A DNA stretch of 64,000 nt. Origin: an uncultured delta proteobacterium. Lineage in GTDB: Bacteria > Desulfobacterota > BSN033 > UBA1163. Numbering within the stretch: the stretch's first letter is position 1; every line of letters starts with the position of its first letter. The translations under genes were made by a program, and so were the position numbers. Under the pieces are notes generated by a model. That model worked only from the letters and a program-made list of their open reading frames with translations, was not told where the DNA came from and searched no databases. Shown here one piece after another: positions 48,001 to 60,414 of the stretch. The DNA is taken from NCBI GenBank assembly GCA_963708295.1, contig CAVPSJ010000019.1, positions 81,498 through 145,497 of the forward strand, in the 5' to 3' direction.

Positions 48001-48786
48001 CTACCTCCTCGGTAAACCTGCGAGCATTGTCGTCAATATCCTTCCGCTATCTCCATTCGTCATGAGATAACGTGGAAGGGCCATCACCCTGTCGAGAGTG
48101 TTTGCAGGATGGCGCTCCATCGTATAAGTGGCGACATATCCTGCTTCTTTGGCCCGATCGATGAGGTCGTCGTCATAGATACCGAAGGGCCATGCCAGCA
48201 TATCGACTCTGACACTCAGCTCCCTCTCCAGTTTCTCCCTCGACTTCCTTAATTGCGTGCTCACAAGGTTTTCATATTCAACTGGGGTTAACCTCTTCTT
48301 TTCCTTTTTGAAGTTGGGATGCCAAAACGTATGAGATTGGAGGTCAAAAATCCCTGATTCCTTCAACTCTCTGAGCTGACCCCATGTCATGGCGTAGGGT
48401 GCGTTCGATATGGCCGAAGGATAGATGAAAATCGTCGCCGGAACACGGTACCGCTTGACAAGGGGAAACATGTCTCGATAGACGGAAATGTGGCCATCGT
48501 CGGCGGTGATCACGACGGAATGCGGAGGGGGCCCCCCCCTTTTCCCGAGAAAGTGGTCGACGAGGTCCCTGAGAGGAATCACTTGATAGCCATTGTCCCT
48601 GAGATATTTCAAATGGGACTCGAAAAGGGTTGTCGTTACGGTCATGCTGTCGGCGGCGACAGGCCCAAAGCGATGGTAAAGCAGAATGGGGACTTGGGCC
48701 GATGCCTGGGCCCGCGCCAATCCTGGCGGAGAAAAAAAGAGGATTACGGATGAAACGGCTAATATCGCAATGAGTGTCTTGTTCAT
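48001..48786 (-). CDS. Exported polysaccharide deacetylase (CE4; IcaB/PgaB-like)
   Basis: PILLYHRF, ITADDG, QSHTFWHP and AWPFG. Confidence 0.9.
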   Translation of the reverse strand: MNKTLIAILAVSSVILFFSPPGLARAQASAQVPILLYHRFGPVAADSMTVTTTLFESHLKYLRDNGYQVIPLRDLVDHFLGKRGGPPPHSVVITADDGHISVYRDMFPLVKRYRVPATIFIYPSAISNAPYAMTWGQLRELKESGIFDLQSHTFWHPNFKKEKKRLTPVEYENLVSTQLRKSREKLERELSVRVDMLAWPFGIYDDDLIDRAKEAGYVATYTMERHPANTLDRVMALPRYLMTNGDSGRILTTMLAGLPRR

Positions 48787-48878
48787 TATAAATTATAAAA
48801 AACGTCCCTTCAGGGACCGTTGCATCGCGATGCCTCGTCCGAGGAAGGGGGTTACCTGTTGTCTATGGGTGCTGTTGT

Positions 48879-49070
48879 CTATGGGTGCTTTTGCCTCTGC
48901 CTTTTCCTTCTGAGATACAACGCTAATGCTTCGTCGATCACTTCCTTGATCTTCTTTCTTTCCCAGTAGGCAGAGACCTTGAGTCTCTCTAAGTAGTCCC
49001 TTCTTAGGATGAACGTCGCTCTTGTCCATCCTTCTTGAAGCCCTTTTTCTGAGGTCTTATTCAAAGCCAT
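48879..49070 (-). CDS. Small ribbon-helix-helix-like protein
   Basis: WTRATFIL beta strand followed by two helices (LERLKVSAYWERK, IKEVIDEALALYL). Confidence 0.7.
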   Translation of the reverse strand: MALNKTSEKGLQEGWTRATFILRRDYLERLKVSAYWERKKIKEVIDEALALYLRRKRQRQKHP

Positions 49071-49129
49071 TGTTTCCCGGAGGTCATGTCTGTAAACCCT
49101 GTAAACAAAGTAAATCTTTCCAATCGGAT

Positions 49130-49145
49130 TGCATCTTGTGTGCCA
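49130..49145 (-). promoter_or_regulatory. Putative sigma54 promoter
   Basis: Minus strand TGGCACACAAGATGCA (GG-N10-GC) with an AT-rich tract upstream. Confidence 0.65.
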
Positions 49146-49458
49146 CCCACATGGAAATTCAAAGAAAATGTATCTATTTGAATTTACAAATTCTTTTTCT
49201 TCAGACCAAAAACATCCAGCTAGAGCAAGACCCCGAAAGTAACAAGAAAGGGCACCGAGGCGACAAACTGTCGTTTCCTGGCTGACCCCATGGGTTCGAA
49301 TTGTCTTGCTGGCTTAAGAAGAAACAGAACGGAGACAGGCTTCAGAACAGTGGATGAATCTAGGTAAGAAAATCCCGGCTGAAACTGGAAAAAAGCTGAA
49401 TGATCGAATGAAGAGGAGAGGGGAGCGCTGATGGGAGGATTCTTCCTGATCGAGGAAC

Positions 49459-49926
49459 TTAATCCTCCTTTAAGGTTTTCTCCAGTTCGCCCACAAGGTC
49501 TTGGACATTCTCGTCTGAACCCTTTTCGCTCCTCAATCGCTTGATCGTTTCCGAGTCTTTAATCATCTTTTGTAATTGAGCGAAGAACTCGTCGGGAGTG
49601 AAAGGTTTCTTGATGTATTCTCGAGCCCCTGCTGCAATCGCTGCCCCTGCAGAATACTCTTCACCAAATGCCGTCATGACCAGGATGGGAAGGCCCGGGT
49701 TTCTCTTCAAAATCTCAATCGTGAGAGCGACCCCGTCCATATTGGGCATTTTAATATCTGTGATGACGGCATCAATTTTATTTCCCTTCATCCGGTCCAG
49801 CGCATCCACGCCATCAACGGCTGCGATCGATGTATGTCCCGATCTGGATAATAAGGTAACGATCAGGTTTCTGACCAGCTCTTCATCATCAACTACAAGA
49901 ATCGTATATTGAGCAGATTCCGCCAT
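49459..49926 (-). CDS. Single-domain response regulator (receiver) with a C-terminal tail
   Basis: ILVVDDE, ITDIKMPNMDG, MTAF and YIKKPF. Confidence 0.92.
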   Translation of the reverse strand: MAESAQYTILVVDDEELVRNLIVTLLSRSGHTSIAAVDGVDALDRMKGNKIDAVITDIKMPNMDGVALTIEILKRNPGLPILVMTAFGEEYSAGAAIAAGAREYIKKPFTPDEFFAQLQKMIKDSETIKRLRSEKGSDENVQDLVGELEKTLKED

Positions 49927-50195
49927 AAGATTCTTGCCCGGAGTGTGCTCTCCCGTCATCACTGGGGTCATTCTATTCGAAATTGGGCGGAGAAGTCAAC
50001 ACCTGTTTAACAACTGTTTAACAACTGGTCAACTGTTTAAAGGGCGGCCCTCCCGGAGCTCTTTAAAATCATCCAGGGATGGAAAAGGGAGTCTGAGTCT
50101 ATTGAGGGAACCGAGAAAGTCCGGTATGGTAAACCTGCGGCGAGAAGAAAAACCGGGGTACTCGTTGATGTATTATCCAAAAATTTGCAGGAGAA

Positions 50196-50855
50196 CTATT
50201 TTTGAAGATCCTTGCCGTTCAAAAGCAGGCTGAGGAGATCGAGATGGTCTTCCATAAGAAGGTCATCAGCAATCTCTCTGTTCTTATAGGCAATGAACGT
50301 CACACCAGAAGACACAGCCGTCTCCTTGTCGACATCAGAATCTCCCACAAAGACAGCCTCCTCTTTCTTGAGTTGAAGGGCGGCGATGATCTTCTCTACG
50401 GATTCAGGGTGAGGTTTTGGGTTTTTGACGTCGAGGGCAGTCACTACCATGTCGAAATAGGGGCCGAGGTTAAACCTTTCCATGATATGCTTCATGGACG
50501 TCGTCCGGTTGGTGTTGATGACCCGAAAGATTCCTTTTTCTTTTAATTTCTCCAGCGCTTGAAAGAGATGGGGCTCGATTTTTAAATAGACGATGTAATT
50601 TCTAAAATCGACCTGTTTGATAGATTCCAGCGCTTTCTTTTCCAAATCACTTTCTTTCCCGAAAATGAAGTGAATCGCTTCATAGACCGTGTGGGTGTGA
50701 ACATATTCCATCTCTTCTTCCCTCAGAGGGACCCTCCCGACCAGGGCGCAGAGATCATTATATAATTTTGTGTTGGCTTCGAAGGAATCGAAGAGAACCC
50801 CATCGCAATCGTAAATCACGCATTTCAACTTCGATTTCTTTTTATGAAGATTCAT
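50196..50855 (-). CDS. HAD-family hydrolase (phosphoglycolate phosphatase-like)
   Basis: YDCDGVLFDS, NTN, KPHP and FVGDSDVD. Confidence 0.9.
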   Translation of the reverse strand: MNLHKKKSKLKCVIYDCDGVLFDSFEANTKLYNDLCALVGRVPLREEEMEYVHTHTVYEAIHFIFGKESDLEKKALESIKQVDFRNYIVYLKIEPHLFQALEKLKEKGIFRVINTNRTTSMKHIMERFNLGPYFDMVVTALDVKNPKPHPESVEKIIAALQLKKEEAVFVGDSDVDKETAVSSGVTFIAYKNREIADDLLMEDHLDLLSLLLNGKDLQK

Positions 50856-50931
50856 CCTGCCTGCCTTTTTTACAATGGCCAGAAATTAAACCTGACCCCT
50901 TCCTCCCCTTTCCTAAAGGGAAGAAAAGGAT

Positions 50932-51585
50932 TTACAACCGACGGCTATGTTCTGAAGGGGGGTTTGGGGAAGAAGAGAAAAATCCCTCCCTGATCTCACC
51001 ATCTATGAAGTGCGAAACCCTGGCCTCACCATTTCTTTCGACCAGATAGACAAACCCGTTATGTTGCTCCGTCCTCTGGATCTCCTCCAGCGGATATTCA
51101 AGGAGCATCCCGATCAGGAACCGGTTGACAATCATGTGCCCGATGACCAAGATTTCCTGTCCTGTATGGTCCCGGAGGATTTTCTCCTTGAAGGGCTTTA
51201 ATCGGGTTGCCACATCGGTAAAATTTTCCGCCCCGGGGATATGGTAAGTAAAACGGTTCTCCTTGAACCGTTCCCATTCTCCTTTCAGCTCTTCAGTAAG
51301 GCTCAAAACCTGGACTCCCTCCATAATTCCAAAGGCAATTTCGTCCAATTCCGGTTGCTTCTGAATGGGGAGGTTCAAGAACTTTGCGATGGGCTGAGCG
51401 GTGTGAATGGACCGCTGCAGCGTGCTGGTATAAATGGCTGAAATAGGCCTGTCTTTGAGTTGCTCAAGCAATGCCAGGCTCTGGGCAACACCTTTGGGAC
51501 TCAAATCCGGGTCGCTTCGTCCCTGGATCCTCCCTTCTACATTCCATATTGTCTCCCCGTGCCTCGCAACGTAAATCTTGATCAA
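50932..51585 (-). CDS. Histidine phosphatase (phosphoglycerate mutase family)
   Basis: RHGETIWN, STLQRSIHTA, E..FG..EG and VIGH. Confidence 0.9.
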   Translation of the reverse strand: MIKIYVARHGETIWNVEGRIQGRSDPDLSPKGVAQSLALLEQLKDRPISAIYTSTLQRSIHTAQPIAKFLNLPIQKQPELDEIAFGIMEGVQVLSLTEELKGEWERFKENRFTYHIPGAENFTDVATRLKPFKEKILRDHTGQEILVIGHMIVNRFLIGMLLEYPLEEIQRTEQHNGFVYLVERNGEARVSHFIDGEIREGFFSSSPNPPSEHSRRL

Positions 51586-53734
51586 TCTGCCTCTGGACCT
51601 CTCACTTCAAAATAGACATAATCTAAAACGTTTTCATCCTCGTCCGCAATAGCGAGATGATATTTACCTTCTCGGGGAATCCAGGGGATGGCTTTCCCTG
51701 TGTCTTCCAGGACGGATCCGTTCAGTACCCATTGGAAATGATCTTCGTGGACCTGGGAGACAAAGAAGACTTTTTGAAGTTCGCGAGGAATATCCGGATC
51801 GACGGCCATGACGGCTCCGGATGGGGGATAAAGGATTCTCGGGTTGAATTGCCCTGTTTTCTGATTCATTGAAGTTGGGTTCTGTCCCGCGGATGAACCA
51901 TTCCTCTCTGGAGGCAGTCCCATTCTCTGGGAAAATTCTATCCTCTTTCGCACGAGGCCGGAAAGCGCCTCCCTTGGGACACTGGAGACATCCCGATGAA
52001 GAAAATCCATCATCTCCGCCCAGATCGGAGCCGCGCCGGTCACGCCGCTCACATTCCACATGGGCTCCCCGGAAAAATTTCCCATCCAGACACCCACCGT
52101 GTACTTCCTCGAATATCCGATGCACCAGTTGTCCCTCATGTCCTTGCTCGTGCCGGTCTTCACCGCCGTCCAGAAACGGGTGGCCAGGGGATTCTCAAGG
52201 CCAAAGGTGGCGCTTCGGGCTTCCCGGTCAGACAGAATATCCGAGATCAGAAAGGCCGCCTCTCTTGAGAATACCCGATTCTTCCGGGTTGGTTCATCTT
52301 CTCCAGAGATAAGACGGGCTCCGCTCCATTGATCCTTCGTTGGCCAGGCATCGATAGGCATTGACAAGTTCCCAGAGAGCTCACATCCGCTGACCCAAGG
52401 GCGAGGGAAGGACCGTAAAAATCACCTGACTCATTGAGTCCCTTGATCCCCAGTTGCCGCAGCTTATTCAAGAAAGGTTCAATCCCGACCAGGGATAAGG
52501 TCTTGACAGCGGGCACATTGAGAGAGGAAGCCAGGGCAATCCGCGAAGTGACCAATCCTTTGAACTGAGAGTCATAGTTTCTGGGGTTGATAGATTCCGC
52601 TGATGACAGCCATATCGAGAGGTGAATCATCCAGAAGAGAAGCCGGAGTGAGGATCCGCTGATCAAAGGCAAGGCCGTAGAGAAAAGGTTTCAAGGTAGA
52701 ACCCGCCTGCCTCCTGGCCTGAACGCCATCCAAAAATCGGCTGGAAGAAGGCTCTCCGCTGTAACTCACATACGCAAGGACATCTCCTGTGCTGTTCTCC
52801 ACAACGAGAAGAGCCCCATCCTTGACATTCTGCGATCTTCAGGGAGAGAAGATGATGAGCGAGACGATCCAGGGCAAAGCGCTGTATTCGACCGTCCAGA
52901 GTGCAGGTGACGGTACATCCCTTGGGTCGGCCCTGTAACAACTGCCTGGCCACATGAGGAGCAAGGGTTGCCCGTGGCCGAATGAGATTAGGTCCTAAGG
53001 ATACCTGTCTCACCTTAGCACTGAATTTCATCGGTCTCTACTGGCCAATTCATCGCCCGATTAAGAAGCAAAGCCCTTCTGGATACTTCCATGGAAGAGG
53101 CATTGGGCGATCGGATCAAGGAGGCCAGGATGAGAGACTCTGATTGATCCAGGCCATGAGGGTCTTTTCCGAATAACCCTCTTGAAGCAGCTACAGATTC
53201 CCTGAAGCTCTCCGCGAAAGGTGACGAGGTTAAGGTAGGCCTCCAGGATCTCTGTCTTTGACCAAGCTCTTTTCAATCTCCCAGGCCTTCCGGATCTGCC
53301 TCTCCTTTTGCCAGAAGGATCGCTTTCCGTTTTTCGATTGAAGTTCTCTGTCCAGGAGAGAGGCCAGCTGCATCGTGATCGTGCTTGCTCCGCGAAGGCT
53401 CTCGGAAGTCAGTCCATGAATCAAAGCCGCCCCGATGGACCGATAGTCCACTCCGCCGTGTTCATAGAAGCGCTTGTCTTCAGCCTGAATCACGGCCTCC
53501 TTCAAGGCAGGTGAAATATTCTTGAGGGATGTCCAGTCAAGCCTTCTCCGCTCCCTGATCCGTCCTCAATTCATGAAGGACTTCACCATGGCGGTCGAGC
53601 AGGAGGGAATCCGATTTGACATAGGACTGCCGGACCTCTTCGTAGGAAGGCAGGGCATGGGCCGCTCCGGCCAGTAAAGAAAAACACAGGATAAGAAAGA
53701 GAAGAACTGTTTCATCTGCGTGGACACCCTTCAA
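51582..53734 (-). CDS. pbpC: Penicillin-binding protein 1C (multiple frameshifts in this sequence)
   Basis: Fragments carry EDKRFYEHGGVD, GASTITMQL, ILEAYLN, GSTLKPF, SLNVPAV and KTGTS; lies downstream of alpha-2-macroglobulin. Confidence 0.88.
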
Positions 53735-53856
53735 CTACGATAAGTTTCCTCCGACTCTGTCAATGCCGAACTCCTGATCTGCGACAAGTCAGGTCGAGAT
53801 CAATTCTCCGTCCCTTCTGTGCCATGAGATTGGTTACTTGCGAAGCGATCTGATTC

Positions 53857-56800
53857 TCATGGTTGAACCTCCACCGTCTTGTTCGGAATCTCTCCGAACA
53901 TCTCCGGAAAATAGAGGGCCTCCACTCTCGTTGTCGGGCAACTGGAAAAACCCGCTCTGGTTCAAGCCGGATGGTGTATTCCACCGTCCACTTCCCTTTG
54001 GGAACATATTCATAGTAGGCCCGGAAGGCCTCGAAGGAGCGTTCTTCAAAGGCCGGCCAGACCCACCCCTTCCGTTCCTCCCCTTTCGTCAAGAGCTGGG
54101 AGTCTCTTCCAAGTCCGCTTCCGAGGATCGTCGCTCCCGCAGGAATGGGATCGCTCACAACCACCCAGGTCTGGTCGGCCTGAGCCTCCATTTCCAATCT
54201 GGATTCGAACGATATCTCCCCGGCTCCATTGCTTTGGTCTGCTTCTGTTCAATGGGAATGACCGTCTTCTTGATCTTGTACCCGCTTGAGAAAGGCTCTT
54301 TCAGAGGAATGGCAGCAAGGCTCTGGATGGTCAGCCATGGCTTTCCTGTCCCCTGATGGGAGACGGAGAGATCTTCTTTCTTGGCAGGCCAGGGAAACTG
54401 AGAAACTTTTCCCTTGGGTGAGGTATTCCAATCGACGGTTTGAGATTGCGTCGACAGGGCCGACACGGGTGGAACCGGTGACCGGGACGGCTTCAAAGGT
54501 CTTGGAAAATTTTTCCATGGCCAGGACACCCCAGGCATTGGCAAGGGTCAGATCCCATCTCCCTCTGATCTGCCGGGCCAATGCCCCCTGGACCATTCTC
54601 GGCATGTCCTCTTTCCACTTCTCCGAAGGAAGCAGCGACAAGATGACCCGGACGGCATTGACATCGTTTGAAACCATCAGCCACCAGAGAGCAGTCCGTC
54701 TTCTCGGTTGAAAAACCCATGATCGTGCCCTGAAAATTGAGGCGGGACCGGATGATCTGCTCTGCCTCTTTCATTCGCTCTTCCCGATTCGGAATGTTCC
54801 GCACATTCTGAAGGATATTGAGCCAGTCGATCACCGCAGAGGTCGGCCAGAGATTGGGCTCGATGGAGATGGAGCTGAGTAGCTTCGCCTCCGCCTTTCC
54901 ACTCCTGGATAAGGCCTCGATGGCCGAGAGTTTTCTGATGGAAAGATCGGCCGTCGGCAAGGGTGAATACCTGGCAGATCGTTCCCTTCGACAAAATTCC
55001 TGAGGCCGGTCTCCATCTTCTCCCTGGTCTCATCAGGAATGCTCCATCCTGCCTCATGGCCGATGGCGATGATGTAGGAGGTCAGCACCGGACTTCCATA
55101 AAGACAGGGCGGAAAATACTTGACCAGCCCGTCTGCGTCCAGGTAAGAGGGAAGCTCGGACATCCACCGTCTTCCAGAGATTCTCATCCCGCAGTGCAAC
55201 GGCCACGGAGATCTTCTGCTCCATGCAGGTGTAGGGATATCTTTTCATATAGTCGATGACGCCGCTCAGCCCGTCGGCGATCTTCGGCCGGAAAGTGACC
55301 CTGACGCCGCCCCGGCCCGGCAGGGCATCCTTCGGCCGCTCCACGGAGAGACGAAATTCTCTTTCCATCTGAGTCGATCGTGGCCTGGAAGGTGCTGACG
55401 GGAACGACAGGAACCACTTTCTGTGTGACCTTGATTCGGTCCGTCTCATTTGTCCCTCTCTCCTTCACCTCCACCTCCCACTTCAATGTCTCAACACCGA
55501 TCGATGCAGCCACATCCCATCCGATCTCCTTCGCCTCTCCTGGCGCCAAGGAAGCGGCCTGGGAAGCGAGGGGTGCTGAAATTCCTTCTGCCTTTGCAGA
55601 AACATCGACCTCCATGTTCCGATTCGTCGTATTTCGAAGCGTAAACCCTGCCCTGAACCGATCCCCTTCTCGGACGAGAGGAGGCAAGCCCGACAAGACC
55701 ATCAGGTCCTGCGTCGACTGGATCGATGTTGACACCTGTTCCAAAGAGCCCGGCTCCACCGGTCGCCACGGCCACAATTCGAAAACTGGTGATCGAGTCA
55801 TTCAGAGGAACCTCAACCGATGCCTCTCCATTCGCATCCAGGGGAACACGGGCCTTCCACAAAAGAAGCGTATCGAAGAGTTCCCGCGTCGTCTGTCTTC
55901 CTCCGCCTCCGCCCTGGGGCAGCGCCTTCAGACCGAAGTGACGTTTTCCGATCACCTGCATCTGGGCTGTTGCGGTCTGGACGCCATACCCCCTCCGCCC
56001 CATCATGGCAGAAAGGATCTCCCAGCTCCGGTTGGGCATCAGTTCGAGAAGACCTTCATCCACGGCCGCCAGAGCCACTTCGCTTCCTGCCGGAGGGGTC
56101 TTCCCATCGGCGGTCTGCGACCTTGATTTTGACCTTCGCCTTCTGGCGGACCTTGTAGACCTTACGGTCCGAGGAGACGTTCACCTTCAGCTCATGCTCC
56201 TTCCATCCCACGTTGATCTCGGCGATGCCGAGTTTGTAGGCAGGCTTCCCGAGATCGACCATGGCCGTCGGCTTCACTCCGGCCACGCGGCCCCTCACGA
56301 CAAGGGCGGAGACATAGACATTCGGGGCATAAGTCCCTTTGATAGGCACCTCGATCACCGGGCTTCTTTCCGGAGATCTTTTTGACCCAGGCCTCGATCA
56401 CCCCTTCTCTTTCCACGGTGATCAGGGCCGTCGCCTCTCTGAAGGGCATCCGGACCTGGAAGATCGCCTTCTCACCGGGTTCATATCGCTTCTTCTCGGG
56501 GATGAAGGTCGATCCGGTCATGATCGCCGACTTCAAACCACCACTCTCCTTTTCCCGCCACCCAGACATCCCTGTGGGCAACCGTCCTGTTGCCTGCCCC
56601 ATCGAAAGCTCTCGGCCTGAAGAATCACATTTCCGGAAACAGGGGATTGGACCTCGCAGATCAGAAGCCCTCTGGAATCTGTCTTGCCCTCGCAGAGGGT
56701 GGCGATCTTCTTCGTCTCTGTCGAATGCTCGTAGGCATAGAACTCCTCCGACCAGGCGCTTTCGGTGGGTAAAGGTCTTTCTTTGAAAAAGATCCACCTT

Positions 56801-59623
56801 GACCGGCGCCCCTGAGACAGGCTTTCCGGACAGGTCGACCACCGCCACATGAAATTTGAAGGCATCCTTCGAAACGGCCCACGAATCCGGCTTGATTCCG
56901 ACGAGATATTTGGAATTCCATAAAGGAATCCTGGAAGAGACGGTCTGGATCTCTCCGTTCGGATCTCTGAACTCCATTTCAGCCAGTATCTCCTTTGGGC
57001 GTTTCGGCTTCGGGCAAATTGGAGAGGGTGGTCCGGCGGATCCGGACGGATCCAGAACCAGATCGATGGTCGGAGGCTTTACCTTCTTCTTCTCCTCCCG
57101 TCGCACCTCAGCCCCTTCCTCCTCTCCCTCGCCTTCTCCCTCGGACTCCAGGACCTCCCCTCTTCGGACGATCTCTTCTTTCACCGGGCCGTTGCTAAAG
57201 ATGAAATCATCAAATCCTTCAGGAGAGAGGAATATACCTGGGCTCGATTTCGTACCGGAGCTTGACAGGAAGAAGGCTTGCTCCGCCCCCGGCAAGATAC
57301 TGAACGTTCAGATCGAGGGTGACCTCTTTGGCCTTGATCAGGGGATTCGCAGGCGGCTGGATGGTTCCCTTGGTGAGGGGAATTCGAAACTCCTCCACCC
57401 TGAAGCTTCCGGAAATCCACTTCCGGGCCGTCTCATAATCTTGCTCTTCAAAATGTTCCTCTCCTTCGCGATCGATATAAGTCAGCCGCTTTATTTTCTT
57501 GCTGTGCTTTTTTTCGACGAAGAGGACATCATAGTTTCCGAGCTTTGCATCCTTTGGAATGGACCAGGTCGGTTTCAGCAATTCCATTCGCATCCCACTT
57601 CAAAGGAAACTCATATTTCTGTTCGCTTCCGTAATGCTGGATCGAAACGAGAGCGGGCATCTGATCTTGAGGCACGGGGGAAAACCCTCGGGTCGTATGC
57701 TGTCGAAGGATATGCTTCATGTGAACGGTCTCGCCCGCCCGGAGCAAGGTTCGATCGAAGATGGTATGGCCGATGATGGGATCCAGGGACGACTCCCTGG
57801 GCAGCTGAAATCTCCAGGGCTCGATCCCTTCATCCCAGCTGGAGTGAACAAAGGACATGTCATTCTCGGTCGCGTGCCGTAACGAAAAGACCTTCCGAAA
57901 GAGAGTGAAGCGCACCCATCTGCGGATAATCTCTATAATCCAACTGGTAAGAGCAGCGGGGAAGCGTCATCGATCGGGAGCGGCTGTTGCGATCCTGGCA
58001 ATCCCGCTGACATCGGTCTTTCCCTTCCACAGGACTTTCTCCTGACAGTCCCTGACGGTCACCGCTGCATCCTTCACCGGCTCTCCTGTGTCGAGGGTGG
58101 TCACCCAGACCAGGGAAGATTCCCTGCCCCACTTGAAGTGAACGGAGAGATTGGTCACCAGGACCGCCGTCGGAACATACATGGGCCGGGCTTGCCGAGC
58201 AAGGCGTTTCCCAAGATCTCGCTTTCCAGCTCAACGATATAGAGGCCGGGGTCTTTCAATGGAATCCCGACGACCTCAAAGGCCCTGGAGCCCAGGCTTC
58301 GGGACCTTGAAATCCTTTGCTCTCCTCTCACCGCTCAGAATAGATTTTTCCCTTGATGCCGAAGCCACCTTTCTCAGCCAGGCCTGGATCTCATCGATCT
58401 TCTCAGGCGGCACATTCAGAACTCTTCCCATCACCTTTCCAACAACGCCTTCCTCTTTATCCACCTTCATCACTCTTGCCTTGACCTCAGGCTCCAGGTT
58501 TCTCAAGGTGACAGGAAGCACGGGATCAGCCTTCAATTCCAGGATTCCGAATCGTGCTGAAAACTTGGCCAGAGGAGGATATCTGTCGGTCCGGACCGAC
58601 AGGGGAAATTTATCTGCATTGACAAGGGGTCTTCCGGAGATATCTTTAAGCCCGGGAGGAAGCTCAACCATAAAACTTGCATTCTCCGGGAAAGGGCTCT
58701 TGAAACGAGACCGAGCTCGCCTCCTCTTTCACACTGGGCTTCCATATCTTTCCATCGGGTCCTTTCAAGACGATCTTATTGGCCTGGTCCTCGGAAATGG
58801 CAGCAGAGAAATTGAGGCACATGGGCTGGATGGGAATGCAGGCCGCCTTCGGATTTTCTCTCTGGCAGGAAAACTCGACAGAAAAGAGAGGCCTTACCTG
58901 GAAGCGAAGGATCTGATCCTGATCTGTGGCCACTCCGGTCTTTGACATCACTCCCTTTCCCCAGATCAGGCTGATCTTCGCGTCCGAAGGAAAACGCTGC
59001 TTGCTCTGGATGAGGATCATGGGAAAGGGCGGCGGTTTCCTGTATCGGAATCTGGCTTTTAATATCTCTTTCCTCTCTTTCTCCCTCAATGATTTTGATT
59101 CCGATCTGGTCCTGGATACCCTCCACTGAGAAAGAAGACATGCTGAATCACGGATTCGTTAATCGGCTCTGCATCCAGGGTGAGGATGAATATCTGCTCC
59201 TCATCGAGCCACTCGGCTCCTTCATAGGGGATAGAAGCTCGAATCGAAGGACCGCCCGTGGAAAAGGAGAATACCTTTTGCCCTGCCATCTCTTTTCCGG
59301 AAAGGGTCTTGAGCTCCGGCTTTCAATTTGAATTCACAGCGAATCCCCGCGGGAAGGTCTTTTTCGAAATCAAAGACCCAATTCTTCCCGTCGGCCCACC
59401 GGCTGGTTCCTTTTTCAGAACAATCGATATCAAAGGGCTCGATGAGACCCCTCGGATCACCGAAGGGCACCATCTGCTCCGAGAATCGGACGCTCACCTG
59501 GCGAACGGTCTTGACGGTCCCCTGGGGCGAAAAGAACTCGACCTGAGGTTCTTCCTCTGCATAAACCAGAGGGATCATAATAATGTTGATGAGCACGAAT
59601 ATTCCCAATAGTCTCAGCTTCAT
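53857..59623 (-). CDS. Bacterial alpha-2-macroglobulin (MG2 domain) protein (multiple frameshifts in this sequence)
   Basis: Signal peptide, DRTLLRAGETVH, FRVEEF, AAVDEGLL, RELFDTL, LPPLVREGD, thioester YPYTCMEQ and DPIPAG; canonical pairing with pbpC. Confidence 0.88.
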
Positions 59624-59794
59624 ATTTCCTCCTCGCATCATCTCGCGAAACCCTTTCAAACATATTTGAAATTTCAGTGTTATCTTTTTTCCGTCATTAC
59701 CGGCGGGAATGACAAGACCTTTATATCAATGTTAGAAGAAAACTCCCAGGCCTAAATATGTAAAAACGGTTCCTCTGGGTTTCTTGTGGATTAC

Positions 59795-59885
59795 CTCCCC
59801 TTAACTTAAGGGGAGGTGTGGAGGGGTTACTTTCAGCGTAACTCCCTTAACCCCTCTTCATCCCCCCTTAATTTAAGGGGGGGAC
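59795..59885. repeat. REP-like doublet of palindromes
   Basis: CTCCCCTTAACTTAAGGGGAG and CCCCCTTAATTTAAGGGGG. Confidence 0.6.
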
Positions 59886-60414
59886 AGAAGCGAGTGCAAG
59901 AAGGGGGAAACACCCATACAAAAGCCATAAAGAACCATAAAAATTTACGAAGATGCAATACTCCTGCCATAAAAATACTAAAGATAAGGTTTGCAAACTA
60001 TTAAATATTTTCAGCACTCCTGTTTCTTCTCCTGATATCTTGTTCTAAAAAAGAAACATAAATTGTCACTCTCTTACAAAAATGTCCAACGATTATAATA
60101 CCATAAGAAGGAAAGCTCTTTAATTATTATTCCTCGACACCGTTCCTTCCCAAGGAATGAAAAAAGGTGTATATTATACAGAGACTGTATTTTATGCTGA
60201 ATAATTCTGACTAAAGATTTTCTCCCAAAAACGGGACACAAGACCATTTTGGAATCAAATAGGATCTTTACAGATTCTGAGAGGTGCGTTCTTAGCAAAA
60301 ACATAGAATCAGCATAAAATGTTATCTCGGCGTTCAAAAGGTTCCAAAGAATTACGCGCAGCAGAGTCGATCTTAGTATCCTAAAGTTAATTGATGAGAG
60401 AACTGGGGGTTGAT

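Noticed and set aside
49285-49310. GGTTCGAAT T-loop-like motif suggesting a tRNA
   Set aside because: No pairing T stem, cloverleaf or CCA end
53857-59623. alpha-2-macroglobulin-pbpC as a novel system or as true pseudogenes
   Set aside because: The pairing is well known (yfhM-pbpC type), and the fragmentation is better explained by sequence error
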